Positions 10,522 to 20,524 of a stretch of 64,000 nt of DNA are shown here, one piece after another. This DNA comes from an uncultured virus (IMG/VR IMGVR_UViG_3300032167_007731) (lineage: Duplodnaviria > Heunggongvirae > Uroviricota > Caudoviricetes), in IMG/VR virus record IMGVR_UViG_3300032167_007731; one strand, written 5' to 3'. A program made the position numbers and the translations under genes. The notes beneath the pieces are model-generated. The model saw nothing but the letters and a program-made list of their open reading frames with translations. It searched no databases and was not told the origin of the DNA. Position 1 is the first letter of the stretch, and each line of letters begins with the position of its first letter.

Positions 10522-12408
10522 TTACTTTTTAAAATACCTATCATAAGTTTTCTCAATAGTTTCTATTTGCCTATCACTTACTGTTTTGTATTTTATCACA
10601 TTCTCAAAAATATTTCTTATACCACTTGGTATGTCAGAATAACAAGGCATTTTCTGTAACATTTCTATCTTTTCTTTTACATCTACTCTATCAGATAATG
10701 ACCATTTCTGATTTTCTTTTTTCTTTGTTTCCATTGTCATATCTTTTAATTCTTCTTTTTCACCAAGTATCAATTCAGAATATGCCCTATTTATACATAA
10801 TATTTGTTTATCTGTTACATTCTTATATTTCATTATATTTTCAATAACATTTAATGTAAAATCAGACAATTTATCACTTACTTCACTCTGTAATCTTTGA
10901 ATCTTTGCAAGTATTTCAGGTTTTTCAATTAACTTATAATGCCTATTTACAGTTTCATCATCTTCTAATGGAATACCTTTTTTAACTTTTGGATTATCTA
11001 TATCCAACATAGCCTTATAAACACTCTCTACATATCTTCTCTGATTTTCCGTCATACTCTCATAGGACTTTTTCTTCAATAATATTATATCTATTATACC
11101 ATTTATACCTGGAACAGATGCATACTTATTATTTGCTAAATTTTCTTGCAAATAATTCATCATATCTTCTCGTTCCTTTTTTATTTTCTCTGCTTCTTTT
11201 TCTTCTTTTTCTATTAAAGAAGTTAATTCTTTAAGAGCCATTAAAAATTCACGAGTAGCCATATAATCAATTAAACTATCAAAATTATCATAACAATTCT
11301 GATGTAATACATAACCCTTATAATCATATTTTTTAGGTAAACTACTACTACTATTTATACTAATATTTCTTCCAAATAACACCAATATCTCTATCCCACG
11401 ATAAAGATTAGGAACTTCTCTCTTATATCCTTTTTCTATCATATATCTATAAATACGAACCCAATCTTTATATATACCCATTTTTTCAAAATATGCATAT
11501 ACTTTATTTAATCTATCCTCTCTATTTATCCAAATAGATGCTGCTACATTTAATTCTTCAATAGTAGAAAAATTATAAAAATCAGATTCATATTTACTTT
11601 CTTTTGCTAACAACATTCTTTCTTTTATATCTTTTTCAGAATTCCTAAACATTTCTGAAATTAAAGTCAATTCACTTTTCTTTAATTTATCTATCTTATC
11701 CTCATCTATACCCAAAAATTTACTATCTCCTAATAATTTTATGAAATCTGTTCTACTATTTCTATATAACTCTTCTAATAAAGATTTAGGTAGAGGTAAA
11801 TCATTTCTTAAAAAATCATACACTATAGGCATTAAACTATTTATTTCTAACATTTTTTCAATACCTGTAATTCCTAAACCTTTATATATAGTACCTAACT
11901 CACCACAATCATATTTGTAATGACTATCAAATAGATTCTGTTCCTTTATAGAAACCATATCTTTTAATTCATTAAACATTACTTCTTTGACTCTTATAAG
12001 AGCAGAAACACCCTTCTCATCCATATCAAAAAAATCACCAACACAATGAGAACCAAAATGCAAAATTTTATCATTAGAAGTATTTTTAGCAGAATAAACA
12101 TATCTAATAGAATGACCTAACTCACAAGTTGCTACACCTTTTTTTAACATATCTACCATACCTGCAAATTCCCAATTACCTGTGCCTTTTAATTCTACTA
12201 ATTTCTTAGCTTTATTCTCAGATACTTCTAATCTTAAACTTCCCATAAGTCTATTAAAAAGATATTTTGTATATACTTCATAATATTTCCTAATAATATT
12301 TATCTGTTTATCATTTAAGTAATTATATATGTTATCACTACTCAACCCATTTACTTTTATAAACTCTCTTTTTAAACGTAAATATTCTTTTTCTAACATA
12401 TTTATCAC
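10522..12408 (-). CDS. Hypothetical protein with putative Zn site and repeated C-terminal helical domain
   Basis: CELGHSIRY…FGSHC; two tandem ~60-aa repeats ending in KYKxV(T/S)D(K/R)QI. Confidence 0.5.
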   Translation of the reverse strand: MINMLEKEYLRLKREFIKVNGLSSDNIYNYLNDKQINIIRKYYEVYTKYLFNRLMGSLRLEVSENKAKKLVELKGTGNWEFAGMVDMLKKGVATCELGHSIRYVYSAKNTSNDKILHFGSHCVGDFFDMDEKGVSALIRVKEVMFNELKDMVSIKEQNLFDSHYKYDCGELGTIYKGLGITGIEKMLEINSLMPIVYDFLRNDLPLPKSLLEELYRNSRTDFIKLLGDSKFLGIDEDKIDKLKKSELTLISEMFRNSEKDIKERMLLAKESKYESDFYNFSTIEELNVAASIWINREDRLNKVYAYFEKMGIYKDWVRIYRYMIEKGYKREVPNLYRGIEILVLFGRNISINSSSSLPKKYDYKGYVLHQNCYDNFDSLIDYMATREFLMALKELTSLIEKEEKEAEKIKKEREDMMNYLQENLANNKYASVPGINGIIDIILLKKKSYESMTENQRRYVESVYKAMLDIDNPKVKKGIPLEDDETVNRHYKLIEKPEILAKIQRLQSEVSDKLSDFTLNVIENIMKYKNVTDKQILCINRAYSELILGEKEELKDMTMETKKKENQKWSLSDRVDVKEKIEMLQKMPCYSDIPSGIRNIFENVIKYKTVSDRQIETIEKTYDRYFKK

Positions 12409-12409
12409 C

Positions 12410-12988
12410 TCATCTTTTTTCTTCCTGAACTAATAATCTACTAACAACAACATTTACATTACCATTATCTGATATAAACCCTGTTACACCATCACATAAA
12501 TCCCTATATTCTTTTTGTAAATGTTTATAATAAAACTTCAATGTTTTATTTAATTCTCTCTCTGCTATTTCCATTTCCATATTTTCGTAATCTGAATGAC
12601 TAAATGTTGCAGTACAAGTTAAAGTCATACCACTTAAATTTTTTGTATATTTTATTTTTGTATCATTATAACACATTTCACTCAATATTACTTTCAATAC
12701 AACCAATAAACCATTTTCAACATCTTCCTTATTCAACATATTTGCAATAGGTAATTTACTTAATAAAAACCCATTACAACCACGAGGCTTTCCATTTCCA
12801 CCTAACTTTACATCTACTATTTCAAAGTTCTTATTCTGTAAACCAAAACAAATTACATCAGTTGACATATAAATAGGTATTGGTCTTTTATATTTTGGTT
12901 TTACCATAAAGCCTATGACTTCTTTATCTTCACTAACTACTCTACTTAAAGCGATATAAACAGTCTTGGCTTTCATTTTTTTATACAC
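12410..12988 (-). CDS. Hypothetical protein
   Basis: 192-aa ORF downstream of a promoter motif. Confidence 0.55.
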   Translation of the reverse strand: MYKKMKAKTVYIALSRVVSEDKEVIGFMVKPKYKRPIPIYMSTDVICFGLQNKNFEIVDVKLGGNGKPRGCNGFLLSKLPIANMLNKEDVENGLLVVLKVILSEMCYNDTKIKYTKNLSGMTLTCTATFSHSDYENMEMEIAERELNKTLKFYYKHLQKEYRDLCDGVTGFISDNGNVNVVVSRLLVQEEKR

Positions 12989-13011
12989 TCCTTTATAAAC
13001 ACCTTTACTAT

Positions 13012-13043
13012 ATTATAATTTTAACTATCTACAATTATGTCCA
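13012..13043 (-). promoter_or_regulatory. TGGACATAA-N17-TATAAT promoter-like motif
   Basis: Copy with a perfect -10 hexamer. Confidence 0.6.
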
Positions 13044-13090
13044 TATAACTATCAAACTGTCCAGTGATATAAAAATTATTTAAATATAAA

Positions 13091-13120
13091 AAAGCCATAT
13101 AGGATAACCTATATGGCTTT
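13091..13120 (-). terminator. Rho-independent terminator of the S-layer gene
   Basis: aaagccatatagg-ataa-cctatatggcttt, with a T run on the minus strand. Confidence 0.75.
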
Positions 13121-13137
13121 CAATGTCATTAAAAATA

Positions 13138-16100
13138 TTATTCAGTAGCAACTGTTACAGTAATTGTTATGTCAAAACCTTCATATTCAATTACTAAATT
13201 ACCACCATTTAATGATACAGAATAATCACTATCTGTTAATATTACTTCATTTGTACTAGCATATTCTGCTGTTACAGTACCTAAAAATGCACCTAAAACA
13301 TTAATCAAATTTACTTCTGTACCTACAGGTAAAACAATAGACATTACATCACAAGAAATACCTGTTAAATAATCTTCTACTGTAATTTCAACTTCACCTA
13401 TTTCAACAGAGTCATAAGTAACAGTAACAGTTTGAGCACCTAATACTTCTTCATCAAATGTACCTAAATCTAATGCAGCACTATCAGCAACAAAAGTATC
13501 ATCTACTTCTCCACCAACTGTTTTTTCTACATTCAAAACTTCAAGTACATCTGCAACTGTGGCACCAAAGTCCACAGTTACAGAATCTTCACAAGTATAA
13601 GCAACAACAGGTGCTTCAACAGTAATATTAACCTTATTCAAAGCATTAACGCCATCATAAGATACTGTTAATCTCTGTGTTCCTTCTGCTTCAGCATCAT
13701 AACCTGTAATAGCAATTTTAGAAGTATCAATTACCCATTCACCATCTTCTAAACCATCAACAAATCTTTCAAGTGTAATTTCTGCAATAACATCTGCTTC
13801 AGCAGTACCATAAGCAAATGTGTCTGTATCTATATATGCAACATAAGTTACTTCTGTTGATTCTTCTGGTTCTGAGGGAACATCAGGAGTTGTTGTATCT
13901 GAAACTGTTGTGAATACATCATCATAGATAACAATATCTGTGATTTCATCTTCATAAATTCTTGCAAATACAATCAAATCTTCATTGTCTTCATATTCCT
14001 CAATATCAGAGAAGTCAGCAACTTTTACATTACTTCTATATGAAGTTCCATCTACTAAGTAAACATAAGCATCCTTAGCATAGAATGATTCAGCAGTTGT
14101 ATCAGTTGGGTCTGCAGCAATAGTGATAGTCTTAGATTTCTTATATGTTACATAACCAGCAACAGTATATAAATCTTCAACAGTAGTACCACCATGTCTA
14201 ACTGCACTTACATCCCAAACTTCCTCATCACTTACGTCATAAAGTAATACAATATCTACAATATGTCCTGCAGAGTTCAACTTAACAGTAACAACGTCAC
14301 CACGTTCTACATCAAATTCACTCTCATCAGGAGATACCCATAATACTTCTCTTTCACCATTATGCAATACTTCTAATTTCTGAGATACTTCTTCATCCTC
14401 ATCTTCCATAACAGCATGAGAAACACCCTGAATTACATATACATTACCCTTCATATTTACTGAAGTCATTTCTGAACTTACAACCAATATACGAGCAACA
14501 TAATCTCTATTCATGTGATAAGCATCTGCATCATAATATTCGTCATCTTCAAGATTTTTAATAGTACCTACTTCAATATCATCTTCATCAGTAGTTCCTT
14601 CAGGAATAAAGAATACGATTGTATCTTCATCTACATCAATAGAACCTAAAGTTTCAGCACTTTCTTTATATCTTGCACCTGTTACAGATTTATCTAAACT
14701 GAATGTAGAAGCATTGTCATCTCTACCTTCTGCTAAATAAATCTTACTGATTTCATCAGAAGAATTTAATCTATAAGCAACTAACTGTCCTTCTAATGTG
14801 TCATCCCAGCCCTCTTCTTCAAAACCTTCATAAGAAGAAGTTGTAGAACCAGCGTGTACTCTGTGTGAATCACCATTTCTATCATAGATTGTGATTGCTT
14901 TTGAAGGTGCAACATAAGTTTCAACATCACCTTCATCTGTTACTATCTTAAACCAAATTTCTTCATCAAAACCATAATCATCAACAGAAGTCTTAACTAT
15001 ATAACCATAGTTAGAAGCACTTTCTGTATCAGAAACATCTGAATATTCATAATAAGCAATTCTACCCATAGAGTCTAAATAGAATACACCCTCATCACCT
15101 AAATCTAATTCACTCATTATATTAGGAACTATTGTATATTCTTCACCGTCAATACCATACTCTGGTTTGCCATTCCAATTAGAACCCTTTGTTTTTACTA
15201 CACCCTCTACTGTTTCTCTACTTACAGTAATGTCATAGTAATCTGCTCTTTCATTATCAATTTTACCATTATCTTGTAAAGCGTTTGCTCTGATTGTTAA
15301 TACATCATACTGTTTCAAATCTTCAAAATCTAATTCATTTCCATTTGTATCTTTGATAGTATAATCAATTTCATCATTATAATAATCGTCAAATCTTAAT
15401 GCACTATAATAATTATTCGCGTCTGTAATCTTCAAATATTTTTCATTGATTTCATCTACTACAAATACTACTACTCTATCAATATTAATAATATCAAAAT
15501 ATCCGTCACTATCTGTATCTCTTAAAGTTACAGTAGCATCATCAATATCAAAAATATCATTATCTACATCAGAATCTTTAACATTTGCAAAGAATTCATC
15601 ATTCATTAAAATACGTGCGTCTAAATCAATAGTTTCTGTTCTTACTTTATCATCTTCATCATAATAAGCAATAACAGGTCTTGAGTTATTATCATCACCA
15701 AAGTTCTTTGTTACTTTTGAAGAACCTGTTAAGATAATATTTTCAGTATCAGAAATAACTACTAAATCTTCATCATCTTCTTCTACTGTGAATGTGATTA
15801 AGTCATAATCAGCATAATTATAATCATTCTCTAATATAAAAGCAATAATAGTTGAACCTAACTGATTTCTTAAAAGACCATCATCATAAACTGTTAAAAG
15901 TTCATCATCATCTTTCATTTCCTCAAAAATTTCAACATCATAACCATCAAGAATTTCTAATTTAGCACAATCTTCACGTGCTGCTGAACCACTTAAACTA
16001 GCTTTGTCTGTAGAATCTACTAATGCTTTTAAGATATAAACATCAAAGTTTTCACTTAAAAGAGTTCTTAACTCATGGTCATTAGTACCATCCATTATAG

Positions 16101-16776
16101 CATATTCTGTTCTTGAACCCCAAGAAACAACTTCCATTAAAGGTGCTTTTAACGCAGAATAAGCAAGAGAAGCAACTACTTTTCTTGGTGCCTCTTTACC
16201 TACTGTACCACCCTCTGTTGACCTAATACCTATTGTATTAGCAACTGCTAAATAATTACCAGGCCAAGAAGTTCCCCTTGTTTCTACCATTGGGTCATAG
16301 TTCATAGCCCTTAATATCATAGTAATCATTTCTTCATACTTTACAGGGTCTTCAGGACCAAAGTTACCATCACCATAACCTACAATGATACCCATAGAGG
16401 ATGCTGTTGCAATATTCGCAGAAGCCCAATGAGAACTTGGAACATCATAGAAATTAGTAGACTGTGAACCTGATATACCTTCCATACCAAGCATTCTGAT
16501 TACTACTGCTGCAGCTTCAGCCCTTGTGATTGTATCATTAGGATTAAAATTGCCATTATCATCACCAGCAAAAATACCTAATTTAGACAAGATAGCAAGT
16601 GCAGTGTAATAACTTTCACTTGTATCAACATCCTTATAAATAGAGCCTGTACCTGTAGTAACCGTTGAAGTGTTAGAATCAGCATAAACTGGCGTAGCTA
16701 CCAAAGTAACTGCCATAGCAAGAGTTAATACTATAGATAGTATTCTTTTGCATTTTTTCATACAAATTCCTCCCAT
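13138..16776 (-). CDS. S-layer homology (SLH) domain surface protein, 1212 aa
   Basis: Signal peptide; SLH repeats (YKDV…GIFAGDDNGNFNPNDTITRAEAA; FYDVPSSHWA…GIIVGYGDGNFGPEDPVKYEE); very acidic beta-rich body; Ig-like C-terminal repeats. Confidence 0.9.
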   Translation of the reverse strand: MGGICMKKCKRILSIVLTLAMAVTLVATPVYADSNTSTVTTGTGSIYKDVDTSESYYTALAILSKLGIFAGDDNGNFNPNDTITRAEAAAVVIRMLGMEGISGSQSTNFYDVPSSHWASANIATASSMGIIVGYGDGNFGPEDPVKYEEMITMILRAMNYDPMVETRGTSWPGNYLAVANTIGIRSTEGGTVGKEAPRKVVASLAYSALKAPLMEVVSWGSRTEYAIMDGTNDHELRTLLSENFDVYILKALVDSTDKASLSGSAAREDCAKLEILDGYDVEIFEEMKDDDELLTVYDDGLLRNQLGSTIIAFILENDYNYADYDLITFTVEEDDEDLVVISDTENIILTGSSKVTKNFGDDNNSRPVIAYYDEDDKVRTETIDLDARILMNDEFFANVKDSDVDNDIFDIDDATVTLRDTDSDGYFDIINIDRVVVFVVDEINEKYLKITDANNYYSALRFDDYYNDEIDYTIKDTNGNELDFEDLKQYDVLTIRANALQDNGKIDNERADYYDITVSRETVEGVVKTKGSNWNGKPEYGIDGEEYTIVPNIMSELDLGDEGVFYLDSMGRIAYYEYSDVSDTESASNYGYIVKTSVDDYGFDEEIWFKIVTDEGDVETYVAPSKAITIYDRNGDSHRVHAGSTTSSYEGFEEEGWDDTLEGQLVAYRLNSSDEISKIYLAEGRDDNASTFSLDKSVTGARYKESAETLGSIDVDEDTIVFFIPEGTTDEDDIEVGTIKNLEDDEYYDADAYHMNRDYVARILVVSSEMTSVNMKGNVYVIQGVSHAVMEDEDEEVSQKLEVLHNGEREVLWVSPDESEFDVERGDVVTVKLNSAGHIVDIVLLYDVSDEEVWDVSAVRHGGTTVEDLYTVAGYVTYKKSKTITIAADPTDTTAESFYAKDAYVYLVDGTSYRSNVKVADFSDIEEYEDNEDLIVFARIYEDEITDIVIYDDVFTTVSDTTTPDVPSEPEESTEVTYVAYIDTDTFAYGTAEADVIAEITLERFVDGLEDGEWVIDTSKIAITGYDAEAEGTQRLTVSYDGVNALNKVNITVEAPVVAYTCEDSVTVDFGATVADVLEVLNVEKTVGGEVDDTFVADSAALDLGTFDEEVLGAQTVTVTYDSVEIGEVEITVEDYLTGISCDVMSIVLPVGTEVNLINVLGAFLGTVTAEYASTNEVILTDSDYSVSLNGGNLVIEYEGFDITITVTVATE

Positions 16777-16870
16777 CTTTTCAATATTCTATTATTTATA
16801 TCAACATAACAAGTTATTACCTATTATGAAGTTATCAAAAAAATTATTCACTTTATTAGCGAATATAGAT

Positions 16871-16899
16871 ATTATAACATAAAAAAGATATTAAGTAAA
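16871..16899 (-). promoter_or_regulatory. Sigma-A-like promoter (TTTACT-17-TATAAT, extended TG)
   Basis: Upstream of the SLH gene, with 17-nt spacing. Confidence 0.55.
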
Positions 16900-17070
16900 T
16901 AAATATAAAACCATTTTTAAAAACCTGTTACATTTATGACAAAAAAGTACTATATTTACCCCTATTTTACCTGTTTTTCTGAACTTTTTTAACCATTTAC
17001 TAAATTGTGACAAAATTTAGGAAGCTTAATAAATAACACCAAGCTTCCATAACTGTATTCTACTATTCAA

Positions 17071-17523
17071 TTAATCCTCTGACAAAACTTGTGCTGTTAA
17101 AGCACTAAAATCAGTCACACCTGATAACTCTAATGACATCTGACCTAAACCTTTTTTCTTAAAGGAAATATAAATCTCTTCATCAGATAAACCATTCTCA
17201 ACCAATTTATCATAAATTTCTTTTGTCATTACTAAAATATCTGTTACATTATGTTTCAATTTTAATTCTAAATCTACATTTTTAAAGCACTCAACCCAAT
17301 TTACTTTTACCTCATAAACAGGTCTATAACCTACTGTTTCATCTAATTTTATTTTTTCAGATGAAGCAACAAACACAACTTCACGCTCTTTTACACTTAA
17401 ATTTAATACTGAACCATTTAATACTATTTTTGAAGTATTAAATAATATACTATTGTCATAACGCTCTGTATATGTTTGATTCTCTGCAACTTTGGTTAAA
17501 CAAGTCATATTCTTAAATAACAT
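17071..17523 (-). CDS. Hypothetical protein
   Basis: 150 aa with a strong GGAGG RBS. Confidence 0.6.
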   Translation of the reverse strand: MLFKNMTCLTKVAENQTYTERYDNSILFNTSKIVLNGSVLNLSVKEREVVFVASSEKIKLDETVGYRPVYEVKVNWVECFKNVDLELKLKHNVTDILVMTKEIYDKLVENGLSDEEIYISFKKKGLGQMSLELSGVTDFSALTAQVLSED

Positions 17524-17651
17524 AATCCTCTAACCTCCCTTTACCTTAATATAGATTCATGTCTCTTAAAATTTTCTTTTATGTCTAAAAATACTTTTTC
17601 ATGATACTTTACTACATTAAAGAAAAATTAAAAGGGATAATACATTTTGTA

Positions 17652-18659
17652 TTATCCCATAAAACAATTTATATCCTTCCTATATAAATCACCTGTTTGA
17701 GCATAAGTTACACATCTTGAGCCACCCTTACATTTAATTATATTCTTACAAGTATAACACTCTTTTGGTGCATAAAATCCCCTTAACTCATTCATTAAAC
17801 TACTGCCTTTTATAATATTCTCCAAACTATCATTTTTTATATTACCAATTATAAAAGGTATCCTACGACAAGGCATTACACTACCATCTGCTAAAAATAT
17901 AATTAAATTACCACCTGCACCACAAACATAACCACAGTCATTACTGCCTATAAACTGCAAACCCCTATCATTTGCAACATTAAAAGATTTATAAAAAGTA
18001 TTATAATGTTTTCTTAATTTATTAGTAATTTCTACTAATTCCTTAAACTCTTCCGTAGATAATGCTTTTGTTTCAGTATCTTCTTTACTGTATGTAACTA
18101 TTCTATCCCACCAAATTTTATCTACTCTATGCTTTTTACATACTTTTACTAATTCTGAATAATCTTTATAATTACATTTTTGAGCAGTAAAAGAAACTAA
18201 AACTTTTACTCCAAACTTCTTCAAATTATCTATACCTATTAAAGCCTTATCAAAATTGCCATTTCCACGAATGTCATCATGAGTTTCCTTTATACCATCT
18301 AAACTAATCTGAACCATTATTGGTTTTAATTCACTTATTCTTTTTGCAGTTTCAATATCAATCATAGTACCATTTGTCAAAATACCCAATTTTATATTCC
18401 TTTTTCTTATTTCAGTAGCAAATTCAAAAAAATTAGGATGTAATAAAGGTTCTCCACCTGTTAAATTTATTTGAGGAAAAACATTTTTATCTTCTATATA
18501 ATCACAAAACTTATTCAAATAATCATAAAAATCTTCTTTTGGCATATGGTTATTATACTCTTCTTGATAACAATGTTTACACCTTAAATTACATAAATGT
18601 GTTATATGCCATTGTAAAACATATTTACTTTTATTACAATTACATTTTTTATTTTTCAT
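17652..18659 (-). CDS. Radical SAM protein with SPASM domain (peptide/protein maturase-like)
   Basis: CNLRCKHC, LTGGEPLL, ILTNGT, QISLDG; SPASM cysteines CGAG…GSVMPC…IGNI…CYTCKNIIKCKGGSRC…DINC. The ATG overlaps the upstream stop (TGATG). Confidence 0.92.
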   Translation of the reverse strand: MKNKKCNCNKSKYVLQWHITHLCNLRCKHCYQEEYNNHMPKEDFYDYLNKFCDYIEDKNVFPQINLTGGEPLLHPNFFEFATEIRKRNIKLGILTNGTMIDIETAKRISELKPIMVQISLDGIKETHDDIRGNGNFDKALIGIDNLKKFGVKVLVSFTAQKCNYKDYSELVKVCKKHRVDKIWWDRIVTYSKEDTETKALSTEEFKELVEITNKLRKHYNTFYKSFNVANDRGLQFIGSNDCGYVCGAGGNLIIFLADGSVMPCRRIPFIIGNIKNDSLENIIKGSSLMNELRGFYAPKECYTCKNIIKCKGGSRCVTYAQTGDLYRKDINCFMG

Positions 18660-20470
18660 CAATCAGAACCCCCACATCCGCCACAAGAACTACAGCTACT
18701 ACAAGAAGAACAAGAACTACAACTACTACAAGAAGAACAACTGCTACCACTACAAGAACTACAACCATGATGACCACTTTCTGCTCGTCTCCTTGCTGCT
18801 TCTTCCTTATAAGTATCATAACTAATTAAACCTATACCTGTAATTGTAGCATCAAAAGTACTTCTTCTCACATTATCCTTATCATAATTACCATTACTAG
18901 TATTACTATCATCATAATTATTATATCTAAGCCTTCTATACCAATCTTCATCATAATCTGAACTATCAATTATAGGTGGTGTAGGAGGATTACCTATCAT
19001 ATTACTATCCTGTAAAACATAATATAATAAACTCATACACATACCAAATTTACCATAATTATATAAAACTTCTTCATAACTTATTACTTTTTTAGGCAAT
19101 AAATTCATAGCATATTTCAAAAAACCTAAATCTTTATTATACTTCTTTCTATCCTCAGAAGATAAATCATTATATACATAATTAAATCTATTACAAATAC
19201 TATCTCTTAACTCTCTATAATTTTCATATTTTGAAAAATATTCACGCATAGCATTTATAGGTAACAAATAACAACCATTTGAATAAGAAGTATTTAGTCC
19301 TATATTATCACCATAACTTCTAATTTTTTCTAATAATTTATATACCAAATTATCATACTTATCCATATAATACAATTCATCTATATAATAATACAAATAC
19401 ATAGAATCATTTGAAAAATTAACTAATTTTCTACTATATAAACCAGCTAAAATTACAAAAAATGATAAAAAATAATTTTTTGCTATTTTACAAGCTAATA
19501 TTTCAGGACTTACTTGCTTACTATTCCAATAATCCAAAACATCTGATACTTTTCTTTCAAAAGCTTGTGGATTTTCATTAAACTCCTTAACCCACGCTGA
19601 CTCCCTACTCGCTTTTCTTGCAAAATACACAATAACTATAATTAAAGGAATTCCAAAAAAACCTAAAATCATAAAGAATTGAATTATAGAAAAAATCCAA
19701 CTAATATCTATATTTCCACTTTGCCTACTTATACCACTTGAATAAGTATTATTTCTATCATTTGTTATATCCTCAGATTCCAAATAACTTTCTGATGATA
19801 ATGTTCCAAATGTATCCCCATCTATACGAAGTTTAACCTTAAACATATCACTCACATTAGACGCTTCAATATTTGTATCAAGTGCTACACCCGAAGTACC
19901 TTTTGTATTATATAATACTTTCATCTTACTGTCATGAGGTCTTTCTGTTTCTATATTTATACTAAAATCTTCTATATTATCTTTATACCCATCTGGTAAA
20001 AATCTATAAACAAATAAGTAATAATCACCATCATCAACACATTTTACAACATCTTTTAATACATAAGAAACTTCAATATTTACTCTTTCTTCTGACTTTC
20101 TAAAGTAAACTTCATAAGTATATGTACTATTTGAATAACTACTTGAATACTTACCTTTTGGTCTATCACTACCATCTAAAGTCAACTCATATTCTTCACC
20201 GTCTACTGTTACTTCTAAATCCTCAATATTTGAAAATTTTTCTTCTCTTGGTAAATCCATATAAATATTCTTACGAAAACGAGTAAACTCACCAACTTCA
20301 TAATTTACTACCCAATTTTCTGTTACTTCTGCGTCACCATCTTCTGTTAAAAATACATCAAATTCTACAGATTCAGTTGTATATCTTTTATTATCTGCAC
20401 TTACATTTACAAATAAAAAAGAAATAGTTATTAACATACTAAAAATAAATAAACTAACCCTTTTCATCAC
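18659..20470 (-). CDS. DUF2207-like membrane protein with Cys-Ser-rich C-terminal tail
   Basis: Signal peptide; DGDAEVTENW…SYVLKDVV N-terminal domain; TM helix; ends GHHGCSSCSGSS(CSS)6CGGCGGSD. Confidence 0.75.
   Translation of the reverse strand: MMKRVSLFIFSMLITISFLFVNVSADNKRYTTESVEFDVFLTEDGDAEVTENWVVNYEVGEFTRFRKNIYMDLPREEKFSNIEDLEVTVDGEEYELTLDGSDRPKGKYSSSYSNSTYTYEVYFRKSEERVNIEVSYVLKDVVKCVDDGDYYLFVYRFLPDGYKDNIEDFSINIETERPHDSKMKVLYNTKGTSGVALDTNIEASNVSDMFKVKLRIDGDTFGTLSSESYLESEDITNDRNNTYSSGISRQSGNIDISWIFSIIQFFMILGFFGIPLIIVIVYFARKASRESAWVKEFNENPQAFERKVSDVLDYWNSKQVSPEILACKIAKNYFLSFFVILAGLYSRKLVNFSNDSMYLYYYIDELYYMDKYDNLVYKLLEKIRSYGDNIGLNTSYSNGCYLLPINAMREYFSKYENYRELRDSICNRFNYVYNDLSSEDRKKYNKDLGFLKYAMNLLPKKVISYEEVLYNYGKFGMCMSLLYYVLQDSNMIGNPPTPPIIDSSDYDEDWYRRLRYNNYDDSNTSNGNYDKDNVRRSTFDATITGIGLISYDTYKEEAARRRAESGHHGCSSCSGSSCSSCSSCSSCSSCSSCSSCGGCGGSD
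18662..18763 (-). repeat. (Cys-Ser-Ser)n coding repeat, 10 Cys in 34 aa
   Basis: All Cys codons are TGT; Ser codons alternate TCT/AGT/AGC. Confidence 0.9.
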
Positions 20471-20524
20471 TAAGCAACTCCTTATAAATTTATTTTTATA
20501 TCAACTAACTATTTCTCTTAAACT

